Virus record (IMG/VR): IMGVR_UViG_3300022913_000001
Span: 1-51,567 of that record
Strand: one strand, 5' to 3'
DNA from: a virus
Lineage: Duplodnaviria; Caudoviricetes
DNA: 51,567 nucleotides
Below are positions 16,661 to 26,812 of this stretch, one piece after another (position 1 is the stretch's first letter; each line of letters begins with the position of its first letter). Made by a program: the position numbers and the translations under genes. Below the pieces are notes generated by a model that worked only from the letters and a program-made list of their open reading frames with translations, was not told the origin of the DNA and did no database searches.

Positions 16661-17331
16661 GCTTCTTATCATTAGCAATAGATAAAGTAATTAAGGCTGT
16701 TGATCCTAAAACTACATTGCAAATTGGCGATAGTGCATTAGTATTTGATGCCGTTTTGTTAGAAAAGGTTCAACAAACATATCAGCATTCCACATATCCA
16801 TCTCAAGTTGGAGATTATTCAGATAACACAGGATACAGGTTGCCTTTGCAATTGCAATTAACTGTAGCTCATGGTGATCAAATATCTAGTACAAATGATT
16901 TTATATTAAGCAACTTATCAGCATTAGCAGCAACAAGTGGATTAATTACACAAGAAACATTAAGGCAAGGGCTAGTGTTTTTTAATGCATCTAAAGATAT
17001 CGGCAAATTGGATAATTTAAGTCAGTCCACTAGGAGTTCTCGAGCTGTTGTAAACCTATTAAACATGGCTAAAGGACTGGTTACTTTTAAGCTTCAAACG
17101 GCTAAAGCGACTTATAAAAACATGGCTATTAGTTATGTATCTTATGAGAACGCAGCTGAAAACAATGGAGCAATTAATATTGATATTGGATTCGTTGAGC
17201 TTCGGCAATACTCCGAACCAAATGGATATGATCCAAGTCAGATGTTAAGCAATTCTATTACTCAATTAAGAATGCAAGACATCAAAAAAGCTGGAAAATA
17301 TGTTTTTAATAGGATAAGGAGCTTATTGTGA
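16657..17331 (+). CDS. Baseplate/tube initiator protein
   Basis: FDA.L.E......STYP...G...D and T....YKNM.I motifs. Confidence 0.7.
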   Translation: MSFLSLAIDKVIKAVDPKTTLQIGDSALVFDAVLLEKVQQTYQHSTYPSQVGDYSDNTGYRLPLQLQLTVAHGDQISSTNDFILSNLSALAATSGLITQETLRQGLVFFNASKDIGKLDNLSQSTRSSRAVVNLLNMAKGLVTFKLQTAKATYKNMAISYVSYENAAENNGAINIDIGFVELRQYSEPNGYDPSQMLSNSITQLRMQDIKKAGKYVFNRIRSLL

Positions 17332-17603
17332 TAATTGAATTACCTAACAATCAATCAGCGTTTAATATTGATTTAGCTATTGACGATACTCAATATGTGT
17401 TAAAATTTAGATACAATTGCATAGCCAGCAGGTTTTATGCAGCTTTATTTAATCAGGATGAACAAATAACAACTAGTGTGGCTTTAACTCCAGATGCGGA
17501 TTTATTAAAAAGTGTTGATTTTCTAGTTTCGTTAAAATATATAGACAACAAAGTTCCAGCATACGGAGAATTAACTGGGAAGTTGGAATTGCTTGATATC
17601 TAG
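17328..17603 (+). CDS. Small baseplate protein
   Basis: Q.F.I.L.....Y.L.FRYN pattern; synteny. Confidence 0.65.
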   Translation: MIIELPNNQSAFNIDLAIDDTQYVLKFRYNCIASRFYAALFNQDEQITTSVALTPDADLLKSVDFLVSLKYIDNKVPAYGELTGKLELLDI

Positions 17604-18456
17604 GAGGGCAAGCTTGAAAGAATACAAAATATTTGTAAATAACACTTTGATTGCTGAAACAGGCAATAACCATCCACTGCAAATAGAAGGTAAGATAGAA
17701 ATAAAGTCTGCTGGTGGAGTTTTGGAAATGGAGTTATCTGTTTACAATTTAAGTCAAAAAAATAGAAAGCTAGCATCTCAAAATCCAGTTAATACTATTA
17801 TTTTAGAATTAAATGGCACTGTGGTATTTGATGGCGAAATCATTAATAACACCACGCAAAATCTAAATTATACCGATATTGTTACGACCTATTACTGCAA
17901 AGAGTACAACGGAGCTAGATTAAATCAGGTTATTTCAGTTTCTGTTAGGATTTCAACATTAAGCGGCATTTTATCAGAATTATCAAGAAAAGCGGGTATT
18001 CCTGTAGTTAATAACGCATCCGATCAAGCTGCTTTACGATTTACCGCAGTTGGTTCAGTTAAAGAGATTCTAGATCAAGTAAAAGCGGAATATGGTATTA
18101 ATTACAGCATTAGCAATAGACAAATCAGGATTTGGGATGCTGGTGGCTCTTTTGCTTTAGAGCCTGTATTAATACCGCCAAATGAAATAGCTATTAATGG
18201 CTTAACTTTAGGTTTAGGCACTGGAACAGGTGTTTTATTTGTTCAATTCAAACTTCGCCCTGAATTACAGTCTGGCGATAAAATTCAGATAAATAATACT
18301 GATTACCTCAAATTAACTGGTAGCGTTTACACTGTTCAACCTGAAAGAAATGTTATTACAAGTGAAGATGGAACATATACCATTGATGAGATGGTCCACA
18401 CTTTTAACTATTATTCATCGCAGCCATTTGAAACAACAATTAGGGGTTTATTTTAA
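17593..18456 (+). CDS. Baseplate hub protein
   Basis: LSVYNLS and VFDG.I motifs; L.PEL..GD.I; synteny. Confidence 0.7.
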   Translation: MISRRASLKEYKIFVNNTLIAETGNNHPLQIEGKIEIKSAGGVLEMELSVYNLSQKNRKLASQNPVNTIILELNGTVVFDGEIINNTTQNLNYTDIVTTYYCKEYNGARLNQVISVSVRISTLSGILSELSRKAGIPVVNNASDQAALRFTAVGSVKEILDQVKAEYGINYSISNRQIRIWDAGGSFALEPVLIPPNEIAINGLTLGLGTGTGVLFVQFKLRPELQSGDKIQINNTDYLKLTGSVYTVQPERNVITSEDGTYTIDEMVHTFNYYSSQPFETTIRGLF

Positions 18457-19133
18457 TGGAAAATTTAACCGATGAAGAAGTGGTCAACTTAATTTACAAC
18501 AATCAAACACGCCTTAACACTATGTTAGATGCAGTTGTTACTGCTGTTAATGGCGATAATACGGTTGATTTAAGCACCAATTTAAAAGGGCAAAGCATTG
18601 CCTTGCATTCAGTTCCTTTATATCAATTTAATACAATTCATGTCTCTATTGAATACGCTATTAGCGTTGGTACTCAAGGGGCGGTTTTGTTCTTTCAAAG
18701 AGATGTAGAAAGAAAAGCAAACAGAATGCATTCATTGCAAGATGGCTTTTTTATTCCTGCTTTTGCTAAAACTTCAACAGTTGCTACTGGTATTAAAATA
18801 CAGCTAACAGAAACAGAAGCAAAGATAGAAAAGGATTCAAAGTCTATTTTAATAGATGATAACGGCATTAAGCTTGATACTGGATCTGTAACATTAGAGT
18901 TAAGCGACAAGATTGTTGTAAAAGGAGATTTAGAAGTGCAAGGGAAAATAACCGCTACAGATAATATTGAATCCAGTGCCGATGTTAAAGCTGGAAGCGT
19001 TTCATTGAAAGATCATACTCACACAGGGTTTGGAAAATTGGGCGTTATTGTTACTCCAGGCACTTTACCTATTCCAGTTATTGATAGTCCAACATCAACC
19101 CCTGTAACAATTGATGTAGGAAAACCAACATGA
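18456..19133 (+). CDS. Baseplate spike (Gp138/gpV-like)
   Basis: G..G.VLF.QRD and R.HSL.DGFFIP motifs; beta-helix repeats; SLKDHTH metal-binding tip. Confidence 0.85.
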   Translation: MENLTDEEVVNLIYNNQTRLNTMLDAVVTAVNGDNTVDLSTNLKGQSIALHSVPLYQFNTIHVSIEYAISVGTQGAVLFFQRDVERKANRMHSLQDGFFIPAFAKTSTVATGIKIQLTETEAKIEKDSKSILIDDNGIKLDTGSVTLELSDKIVVKGDLEVQGKITATDNIESSADVKAGSVSLKDHTHTGFGKLGVIVTPGTLPIPVIDSPTSTPVTIDVGKPT

Positions 19134-19462
19134 TTACAAGAAACTTTAAAGAAGATGGCGAATTAATAACAGCAGGCACGCAGTTTGTTTCAGGAAGAGA
19201 CGCAATAAAAATTAAATTAATGCGATTAGTTAGAATGATTAAAGGTGAAGACTCGTTTGATCTAACTAGAGGTCTGGATTTTAAATACATAATGCAGCTA
19301 GCTTCTAGATCTGAATCATTATACGCCAGACATATTACCGATTATATACAAGAGAACATGCCAGAGGTTAGGAGCGTTATCTATGTTAAAACCAATAAAG
19401 ACAAGCAGCAATTACAGGTTGAATTGGCAGTTGAAACCGCCGAGGGAATAATTGAGATATGA
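19130..19462 (+). CDS. Baseplate wedge/sheath initiator (gp25-like)
   Basis: L....GE..FD...GLD motif. Confidence 0.7.
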   Translation: MITRNFKEDGELITAGTQFVSGRDAIKIKLMRLVRMIKGEDSFDLTRGLDFKYIMQLASRSESLYARHITDYIQENMPEVRSVIYVKTNKDKQQLQVELAVETAEGIIEI

Positions 19463-20763
19463 AAAAAACACAACGAGAACTATTTGAAGAAATTCAAGCA
19501 AAATTAACAGAAATCAATCCTGATTGGGATATTGGCTCTAGCAGCATTGATTATCAAGCACATCAAGTTTTATCTGAATTAATAGCGGATGCGTACGATT
19601 ATGCAGAAAGGGCTGCTAATTCATTAGATATAGATTCTGCTGATCTGGCTCAATTAAGAAACATAGCGTATACATTAGGACTGCCGTTAAAAAACCAAAC
19701 CAGCTCAACAACCCGTGTTGACTTTTCTCCAAAATCAGACAATGAAATATTAGTACCCGCTGGTACCAGAATATTAAACTCTACTGGCGATATTTTTGTG
19801 TTAAGAAATTCAGCTGTTGCAAAAAAATATTTTTCTACCAACAGTGAAATTTATTCTTTGCAGCTAGGACCAATAGGCGTAGAAAGTGACATGTATGTTT
19901 TTGAAGATTCGGCATTAAACGAAATTATGCAAATATACAGGAATCCAAATGCTGATTTTGTTTCTGGTTTAAAATTAGAAACAGAATTAGAGTTAAAAAA
20001 CAGAATTAAATCAACCGCTGCTAGAAATGGAATAAACACAGTTGATGCGTTAAAAGCTAGGTTGCAGGAAGAGTCGTTAATTAAAGAAGTAATTATTTAC
20101 ACAAATAGAAATGAATATCCTATTGATATGGATGGTAATCAAGTGCCAACAGGTACTTTTGATTCTCTTAATGCCAGATCTACATTAATTTTAATTGATT
20201 TTAATTATCCAGAAGACAGCCAAGAAGAATTTGTTACAGATGAAATGCAGGCAATAGCTTGGGCTGCAATTGCTGAATCATATTCGGTTGCAGAAAATCT
20301 AAATAGTGGCAACGATAGCATGATGACACCAGCAGAATATACGGGCGATCATGTAACAGCAGAACAACAATCAATAAATAGTGCTGGCGTAAATAGAATA
20401 ATTGGAGGCAGCAAGACAACCGTAACTTTTTATGCGGTTTCTCGATACTATGTTGAATTAGAAATTGTAATACGGGCTCCAAGATCCTATCTTTCAGAAG
20501 CATCTATACAAAAAGTTAAAGACTCTATAATGCTGTATAGTCAAGGAGGTTATGCAAGCATTGGTTTGCGAAATAAACCCTATGCTATTGGCGAGCCTGT
20601 TAACGAATTTGATTTTTATTTACCTGTACAAATAGCAATAGCAAACTTAGAACGCACTGAGATTGATCAAGTTACAATACCTCAAAGTAACCAATTAATT
20701 CCATTTCCAAAAACAACGTTAGCAATTTTTAAAGAAGCAAATATTTCAATCACGGTGATATAA
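19459..20763 (+). CDS. Baseplate J-like protein
   Basis: VPAGT and G...ET..EL.NR motifs; C-terminal IGE.V. Confidence 0.85.
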   Translation: MKKTQRELFEEIQAKLTEINPDWDIGSSSIDYQAHQVLSELIADAYDYAERAANSLDIDSADLAQLRNIAYTLGLPLKNQTSSTTRVDFSPKSDNEILVPAGTRILNSTGDIFVLRNSAVAKKYFSTNSEIYSLQLGPIGVESDMYVFEDSALNEIMQIYRNPNADFVSGLKLETELELKNRIKSTAARNGINTVDALKARLQEESLIKEVIIYTNRNEYPIDMDGNQVPTGTFDSLNARSTLILIDFNYPEDSQEEFVTDEMQAIAWAAIAESYSVAENLNSGNDSMMTPAEYTGDHVTAEQQSINSAGVNRIIGGSKTTVTFYAVSRYYVELEIVIRAPRSYLSEASIQKVKDSIMLYSQGGYASIGLRNKPYAIGEPVNEFDFYLPVQIAIANLERTEIDQVTIPQSNQLIPFPKTTLAIFKEANISITVI

Positions 20764-21243
20764 ATGAGCAGTCAAGACCAATTAGAAACAAATCAAAAAT
20801 TTATAAATAGATTTGATTTTATCAATGACTTAATTAACGACATAAAAAACCTAGATAAAACCTATTCATTACAAGCTACTGGAAGTCAATTAGATTCACA
20901 AGGAAAGTTGTTAGGGTTAATTAGAGCTGGATTAAATGATGCGGATTTTAAATTTATTATTGCAGCAAAAAGGTCGGCATTATTAACAGATTGCACCATT
21001 GCCAGCTTGGAGTTGGTTATTGCTGGAATAGTGCAAAATGAGTTCCAAATTGTCGATAATAGATTAAATAATGTTTTGCAGTTAAATATTGCAGGAGAGT
21101 TAACGCCAGAGATTCGAGCTTTGCTACTGGAATACTTACCTAGAGTGAACAGCGTTTCTTGGGAAATAAATGAATCAGCATTTATAGCTAAATACGGCAC
21201 TGCTAAATACGGCACAAATAAATACATAAATCCAATTACATAG
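20764..21243 (+). CDS. Baseplate wedge protein (DUF2612-like)
   Basis: ATG.QLD..G.L.G..R..L.D..F motif. Confidence 0.75.
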   Translation: MSSQDQLETNQKFINRFDFINDLINDIKNLDKTYSLQATGSQLDSQGKLLGLIRAGLNDADFKFIIAAKRSALLTDCTIASLELVIAGIVQNEFQIVDNRLNNVLQLNIAGELTPEIRALLLEYLPRVNSVSWEINESAFIAKYGTAKYGTNKYINPIT

Positions 21244-21251
21244 GGGGCAAA

Positions 21252-22241
21252 ATGAGAAAAGTAAATGAACAGCAGACAACTTTTGAGCAAGGGGGGTTTG
21301 ACGGCAGTGGCTTAGTTGTAGACGGCGACGCCAACAACCCTAATGCAGGTTCTACCGTTAAATCATGGGCATTAAATGATATTATTGGTGCTTTTGCTGC
21401 AATATTAAAAGCAGCTGGCATTGCGTCATTTAACGGACAACCTGAAACAGAAGATAGTTCTCAGGTTTTAGCTGCAATTCAGCATTTAATAAATAGTAAG
21501 ATTAATATACTAAATCAAAATGTTTCTAGTTTAATTGACAATGCTGCAAAGATTAACGCAGAAAATGCTTTTGCAGAAAAAAATATTTTTAAAGATCAGC
21601 TTGTAGCAGAAAACGACGCTTTTTTTAACAAAGAAATTTTTAAATATATTGACAACCAATATAAAAAAGTTATCGATGAGTCTTCTATTCTTGCTTACAA
21701 CTACATGAATACAACTGATGTAACTAATCTAATTAATTCTAAAATTGAAGGATTAAAACAGGAGATTGGGGCAAAATACGCAGCATTAGCAGGCAATAAT
21801 ATATTTACTGGAGCTAATGCATTTAATGGAGTTATGGCAACTAATTCAGCGGTAAATCATCAAAGCTTGCCGAACTATAGAGGCTCTTCATTAGTTGATC
21901 GCTCATATCTAAGCGGAAAAAACTACGCAACTAGAAGTTATGTTTCAAGCTCTGTTTCAGAAAAAATATCTGTTGATACAACCAGTAGCTCTAGCGAAAC
22001 TTATTATAATGTTGGTAGTATTTTTTGGGGTAGATATAACCCCTCTTATGACCATCCTGATTTAAATCAACGGGTTTATGTTAGAAGACTAAACAATTAT
22101 TTGATAGAAGTTACATCTAGTTATACAAGTAATGCTTTTTCTGGCACTTGGCGTGCTAAAGGTGCTATTGATGAAGTTGATTTGGAAGGAAGTAGCTCAA
22201 AAGATTCGGCTACTCTTGTTTTAGTACAGAGAGTATCTTAA
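21252..22241 (+). CDS. Tail fibre protein
   Basis: N-terminal DG......GS.....LN...Q.L.AI fibre anchor; N.FTG.N.F repeats; C-terminal GTWR..G...L..RVS. Confidence 0.8.
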   Translation: MRKVNEQQTTFEQGGFDGSGLVVDGDANNPNAGSTVKSWALNDIIGAFAAILKAAGIASFNGQPETEDSSQVLAAIQHLINSKINILNQNVSSLIDNAAKINAENAFAEKNIFKDQLVAENDAFFNKEIFKYIDNQYKKVIDESSILAYNYMNTTDVTNLINSKIEGLKQEIGAKYAALAGNNIFTGANAFNGVMATNSAVNHQSLPNYRGSSLVDRSYLSGKNYATRSYVSSSVSEKISVDTTSSSSETYYNVGSIFWGRYNPSYDHPDLNQRVYVRRLNNYLIEVTSSYTSNAFSGTWRAKGAIDEVDLEGSSSKDSATLVLVQRVS

Positions 22242-22568
22242 ATGACAACAAAAATCGCAGGAGGCGAAGAAATGGAAAGTAACAATAACTACATGCATAA
22301 AGAAGCAGTGCAGCAGATGTTTAAAAGACTCGAGGAAAAAGCGGATATGACAAATGAATCCATAGCAAAAACATTAGATGAATTAAGTAAAAAAGTAGAC
22401 GCTATGCAAAAAGATATTAACGAGCTTAAGATTGAATCTGAAAAAAGAAAAGCGTTCAAGTCTTTTTTTTACAGCAAGGAATTTATTATTGTTGCTTTAC
22501 TGATAATAGGAGCAATTACTGGAAGCAACGATATAATTAAGCCTTTATTTGGGCTTTTATTTGGTTAA
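22242..22568 (+). CDS. Coiled-coil protein with C-terminal TM helix (possible holin/XhlA-like); start may be 22272
   Basis: Hydrophobic FIIVALLIIGAITG segment; located after the fibre gene. Confidence 0.5.
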   Translation: MTTKIAGGEEMESNNNYMHKEAVQQMFKRLEEKADMTNESIAKTLDELSKKVDAMQKDINELKIESEKRKAFKSFFYSKEFIIVALLIIGAITGSNDIIKPLFGLLFG

Positions 22569-22591
22569 TTAACTTAAAAACAGGAGGTAAT

Positions 22592-22666
22592 ATGAATATT
22601 AGTAAAGGGCGAAAATTAGCAAAAAGTAGTAAAAGTAATCAAAATATAAGGAGCTTGCCATTATGA
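22592..22666 (+). CDS. 24-aa basic micro-ORF (MNISKGRKLAKSSKSNQNIRSLPL)
   Basis: Strong RBS AGGAGG; its stop overlaps the terS start (ATGA). Confidence 0.5.
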   Translation: MNISKGRKLAKSSKSNQNIRSLPL

Positions 22667-23103
22667 TCAACCAAGAATTAAAAGACATCAGCTCTCAATT
22701 AAAACATAAACAGCAACTCTATTTAAATGCATTAATTCTTGGTAAATCAGAATCAGAAGCAAGAAGAGCAGCAGGTTACAAAAAAGAGCCAAAAAGCGAA
22801 TTATTAAAAAGAGCCATCGCTATTCTGCAAGAAGCAAATCTAGATCAAGCTTTAACAGAAAGAGATAAAGCTATTAATTTTAATCATAAATTACTAAATA
22901 AGTTACAAGAACTATATAAATCCCTTGGTCGTGCAAACTATGAAAAATCAGAACCAACTGCTGTAATTAGAGAAATGAGGCAGGTGCAAGCGGAGATTAG
23001 CAAGCTGCAAGGTCTGTATATTGAAAAAGAAGAAGAGAAGCAAGGGATTACTCAAGAGCAAGAAGCACTCTTTAACAAAGATATCGACTCATGCACGGAT
23101 TAA
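22663..23103 (+). CDS. terS: Terminase small subunit
   Basis: KQ..Y......G....EA.R.AGY N-terminal motif, KL.GLY.EK; directly upstream of terL. Confidence 0.8.
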   Translation: MINQELKDISSQLKHKQQLYLNALILGKSESEARRAAGYKKEPKSELLKRAIAILQEANLDQALTERDKAINFNHKLLNKLQELYKSLGRANYEKSEPTAVIREMRQVQAEISKLQGLYIEKEEEKQGITQEQEALFNKDIDSCTD

Positions 23104-24899
23104 AGCATACAGACTGGAGCGAATTATCGTTAAATTCCAAGATTAAAGTTAAACAAAAAAGCGAACAATCTTTAATTAACTTTACCCGTATTTGGTTTAA
23201 GATTATAAAACGGCAAGATTTTATTCCTAATTGGCATCATTATGTAATATGTGATTATCTGCAAGATATAATAACTGGTAAAAATCTTGTTAACCTTGTT
23301 CTTAATATTCCTCCAGGAGCAGGCAAAACAGAGTTGGGCTGCATTAATTTTCAGGCTTATTCTCTTGCTCTTGCTCTTGCTGGAAAAATCAATCATTTTA
23401 GATCTTTAAATATTTCTTTTAACTCCGATCGTATATATGAAAGCTCTACTGAAACTCAACATATAGTATTTAGCGATCAGTTTCAGGAGTTATGGGGCGG
23501 TAAAAAAGGAATAGGTAAAAACAACCATTGGACAATGAAAAAGGGCGAGCAGTCAATTGGCTCTGTTCATAGTGCGGTTGCTGGTGGTAAAATCACAGGG
23601 GGTCGAGCTGGATATATGAATGACTGCTTTAGCGGAGCTTTGGTTTTAGATGACATACAAAAACCCGACGACGCACTTAGAGAGGTTGAGCGAAACCGCA
23701 CTAAAAAGCGTTTAACCAATACTATATTAAGCCGAAGAGCCAAAGAAGGAGAGCGGCATTTTACGCCTATTATCAATATTCAACAAAGGCTTCATGAGGA
23801 GGACGCAAGTGGTATTGCTCTTTCTGGTGGTATGGGCATTCCTTTTACTAAAATAGCTATTCCAGCAGTAGTAACTCCAAGCTATATTGATGAACTAGAG
23901 CAAGATAGACATAAAGAAAGGTTTCAGAAGTATATTGATAACGCACCTTTTATTACTGTTGATGGAGTGCGTCATTATAGTTACTGGCAAACAAAAGAAA
24001 GTATTGATGGCTTGTTGCGGCTTAAAAAGATCGACCCCTACACTTTCTACAGCCAAAAACAGCAAGATCCTCAAAGCATGGATGAGAAGTTATTTGATAT
24101 AGACAAGGACCTATACAAATATGACGAATTACCAAAACTTGAACAAAGGAAAGTTATCATTGATACCTCAAGCGGTAAAGAGGGCGATTACTATGATAAG
24201 AATGTGTTTTTGTTTGTTGGATATACTAGAGATAAAGTTTACATTTTAAACAGTATCCGTGGTGATTTTTCACCTGATTTTATGAAACATATGGTTTGGG
24301 CTTTGCTGACTGGACAGCCTCCAAGGGTTTTTGGAGAAAAAGAGCAAGCAGCGTTAGATAAAGAAATAGTTGATAAAGGTGTTGATTTTAAATACCTGCA
24401 AACTTTTAAAGAAACGGATCCGCTATGCTCTCAACCTTTTACGGAACTTATTGTTGAGGACAAGCAAGCTGGGCAGGGATTAATTGTTGATATTATGAAA
24501 AAATATAAATTGCTTAATGTTAGAGATAGAAAGGTCAAGCTTAAACCAGTTACTCCAAACACATCCAAGCTTGTTAGACATCAATCTGCTGCACCTCATA
24601 TTAGAGCGGGTGATGTTCTGTTTCCAAGAAAAGGTGGTGACTATTTTTATTATTACTCTAACCCTAATAAAAAAATATTTGCAACCGATGGTAAGTGGCT
24701 TCATGAAATGATCGAGGAACTAAGGAAGTTAGATATTGCTGTTTTAGAAAACAGGCATACCAGAGTGAAGAATATGAACAAAAATAAATTTGATGATCAA
24801 TACGATTGTATTATGTATTCAATTGAAGATAAATTTTGCGACACTAGTGGTAAAATGTCAAAACAAGAATATCTTAATAAATTTTACAGAAGAAGGTAA
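23091..24899 (+). CDS. terL: Terminase large subunit
   Basis: NIPPGAGKT (Walker A), ITGGRAG, LVLDD.QKP, IQQRLHEED, nuclease IDTS, VEDK..G and DDQ.D motifs. Confidence 0.95.
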   Translation: MHGLKHTDWSELSLNSKIKVKQKSEQSLINFTRIWFKIIKRQDFIPNWHHYVICDYLQDIITGKNLVNLVLNIPPGAGKTELGCINFQAYSLALALAGKINHFRSLNISFNSDRIYESSTETQHIVFSDQFQELWGGKKGIGKNNHWTMKKGEQSIGSVHSAVAGGKITGGRAGYMNDCFSGALVLDDIQKPDDALREVERNRTKKRLTNTILSRRAKEGERHFTPIINIQQRLHEEDASGIALSGGMGIPFTKIAIPAVVTPSYIDELEQDRHKERFQKYIDNAPFITVDGVRHYSYWQTKESIDGLLRLKKIDPYTFYSQKQQDPQSMDEKLFDIDKDLYKYDELPKLEQRKVIIDTSSGKEGDYYDKNVFLFVGYTRDKVYILNSIRGDFSPDFMKHMVWALLTGQPPRVFGEKEQAALDKEIVDKGVDFKYLQTFKETDPLCSQPFTELIVEDKQAGQGLIVDIMKKYKLLNVRDRKVKLKPVTPNTSKLVRHQSAAPHIRAGDVLFPRKGGDYFYYYSNPNKKIFATDGKWLHEMIEELRKLDIAVLENRHTRVKNMNKNKFDDQYDCIMYSIEDKFCDTSGKMSKQEYLNKFYRRR

Positions 24900-25015
24900 C
24901 CTTATTATTTCTATTAAAAAAAAATTACTTTATAATTAATTAAAATATTTTCTAAAGTAAAAAAAATTTAACAGATTCTTGAGGATCTATTATTTAATGC
25001 AAAATTATAAAAATC

Positions 25016-25034
25016 TGTTATAATTAATTATAAT
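25016..25034 (+). promoter_or_regulatory. Palindromic promoter/operator motif copy
   Basis: TGTTATAATTAATTATAAT followed by RBS TAAGGA; a weaker copy lies at 24930-24945. Confidence 0.75.
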
Positions 25035-25055
25035 AAATTAAATAAGGATAAAATT

Positions 25056-25982
25056 ATGAATAACTTTATAAATGATAGAATCACAGATCTAACAAATTGG
25101 GGTAACAACAACGGAGCAGCTGAAAGACTTCAAAATGCATTTAATAAAAATACTAATCATGTGATTAGCTTTAGCGGTGGTCGTACTTCTGCATATCTGG
25201 TTTATAGATTACTGCAAATAGTTCCTAATGCTGCGGTTGTGTTTTGCGACACAGGTGCAGAGCATCCAGAAACATATAAATTTATAAGAAGATTTGCTGA
25301 AAACTTTAATGTAGATATTACTTGCCTTAGGGCTGTTGTTAATCCTGAAAAAGGAAAAGGGATCACATATAAAGAAGTGGTAATAACGGACATTAAGCAT
25401 GATCTAGAACCTTTTAAAGCAGTAATGCAGAAATATTCAACACCATATATAGGAGGTGCGTTTTGCACTGATAGAATGAAAGCCACTCCGTTTAAAAAAT
25501 ATTGTGAAGACAAGTGGGGTAGAGGTAATTACAAAACTTGGTTAGGTATCCGAATAGATGAGCCTAAAAGGATTAGAAAGAGTGATGATTTTTTATATTT
25601 AGCTGATATTTGTGATTATGAAAAGCAAGATATTTTAAACTTTTGGAAGAAGCAACCTTTTGATCTTGGCATTCAACACCATCTTGGCAACTGTGTGTTC
25701 TGCATTAAAAAGAGTTGCGGCAAGGTTGCTTTAGCTGCTAGAGATGAACCTAAATTAGCTAAGGATTTCATTAAAATAATTAACATTGCAGCTGATAGAC
25801 CAAGTAAAGAAGATAAAAGGGTTATGTATAGAAGCCATAACACTTTAGAATCTATTATTGATCAATACGCTGATTATAGTAGAACTGATATCATCGGTAG
25901 ATTAAAAAACTCACATCAGTATCAAAGTGAATGCAGTGAGTCGTGTGAAGCTGTTGGCGAACAGCTTAAGTTTGATTTTTAA
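25056..25982 (+). CDS. PAPS reductase-family (PP-loop, Cys-rich) protein
   Basis: VISFSGGRTS, DTG.EH..TY.F, FCT..MK..P, GIR.DE..R and GNC.FC.KK motifs. Confidence 0.88.
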   Translation: MNNFINDRITDLTNWGNNNGAAERLQNAFNKNTNHVISFSGGRTSAYLVYRLLQIVPNAAVVFCDTGAEHPETYKFIRRFAENFNVDITCLRAVVNPEKGKGITYKEVVITDIKHDLEPFKAVMQKYSTPYIGGAFCTDRMKATPFKKYCEDKWGRGNYKTWLGIRIDEPKRIRKSDDFLYLADICDYEKQDILNFWKKQPFDLGIQHHLGNCVFCIKKSCGKVALAARDEPKLAKDFIKIINIAADRPSKEDKRVMYRSHNTLESIIDQYADYSRTDIIGRLKNSHQYQSECSESCEAVGEQLKFDF

Positions 25983-25992
25983 GGAGAAGCAT

Positions 25993-26247
25993 ATGTTTAG
26001 AATTAAATTTTTAAAAAAACTTGCCGATGTATTATTTTATATCGGTAAATTTGATGCAGCTATATCGGTATTAGAAAAGCTGACAAATTTATTTGATAAA
26101 ATAAAAGATAAAAAGAAATTCAATGTGAGAAAAAAAGCTTTCATTTCTGATTGCCATGGAATGCTTGCGGCATTATATGAGAAGCAAGGGTATTCAAAAA
26201 AGCAGATTAAAAAAATGCGCATAAAGTCAATGGCTGTATTATACTAA
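25993..26247 (+). CDS. Hypothetical protein (TPR-like helical hairpin)
   Basis: RBS AAGGAG; LA.V....G.FD.A...LEK pattern. Confidence 0.6.
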   Translation: MFRIKFLKKLADVLFYIGKFDAAISVLEKLTNLFDKIKDKKKFNVRKKAFISDCHGMLAALYEKQGYSKKQIKKMRIKSMAVLY

Positions 26248-26276
26248 TTAATAGCATAAATAAAAAAGGATATATT

Positions 26277-26483
26277 ATGATTACTTTAAATGATTTAAAA
26301 ATTATTTCTGATTTGAAATCAACAAAAGAAGAACGGAGAGCAGCTGAAGCTTTTCTCGAGGATTTGTTTGAATGCAATTGTCATGATTGCACTGTTAGGT
26401 ACTTTACAATGCTAGATGTTGTTGCAAAAATAAAATATAACCAAATTAGCCAAGAGCAAAAATTGAGTTTTAAAGTTCATTAA
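26277..26483 (+). CDS. Hypothetical protein with CxCxxC
   Basis: RBS AAGGA; 68 aa. Confidence 0.6.
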   Translation: MITLNDLKIISDLKSTKEERRAAEAFLEDLFECNCHDCTVRYFTMLDVVAKIKYNQISQEQKLSFKVH

Positions 26484-26501
26484 CCAATAAATAGGAGATA
26501 T

Positions 26502-26771
26502 ATGTATTGCACTAAAATAAAATCAGGAAGAATTATTAGATTATTGCATAAAAATATTAAAACTGATATTGTAATAATTGATATAAATAGACAGGAAAAA
26601 AACGTAAAGCTTAGGATTAACGATAATGATTATTTATTATGTAAAAATGATAGGTTATCAAAGAAAGCTTTTACTATAGTTTTGATGGATGTTGTAAATG
26701 GATATGTGAATAATCCAGTTGCAGACATAGGAATTTCAGCCGATAGATCGGTTAAAATATCCAAACATTAA
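26502..26771 (+). CDS. Divergent CsrA/RsmA-like RNA-binding protein
   Basis: Beta-strand pattern K.G..I.L...IVIIDI....VKL.I and C-terminal IGISADRSVKI (cf. CsrA IG..AP..V.V); adjacent GGA hairpins. Confidence 0.55.
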   Translation: MYCTKIKSGRIIRLLHKNIKTDIVIIDINRQEKNVKLRINDNDYLLCKNDRLSKKAFTIVLMDVVNGYVNNPVADIGISADRSVKISKH

Positions 26772-26772
26772 C

Positions 26773-26805
26773 GCAGGATGCAGGCGTAGGATACCGCTAA
26801 GGAGC
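26773..26805 (+). promoter_or_regulatory. Three GGA-containing mini-hairpins (CsrA-type sites), the last on the RBS
   Basis: GCAGGATGC, GTAGGATAC and GCTAAGGAGC. Confidence 0.65.
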
Positions 26806-26812
26806 TACAAAT

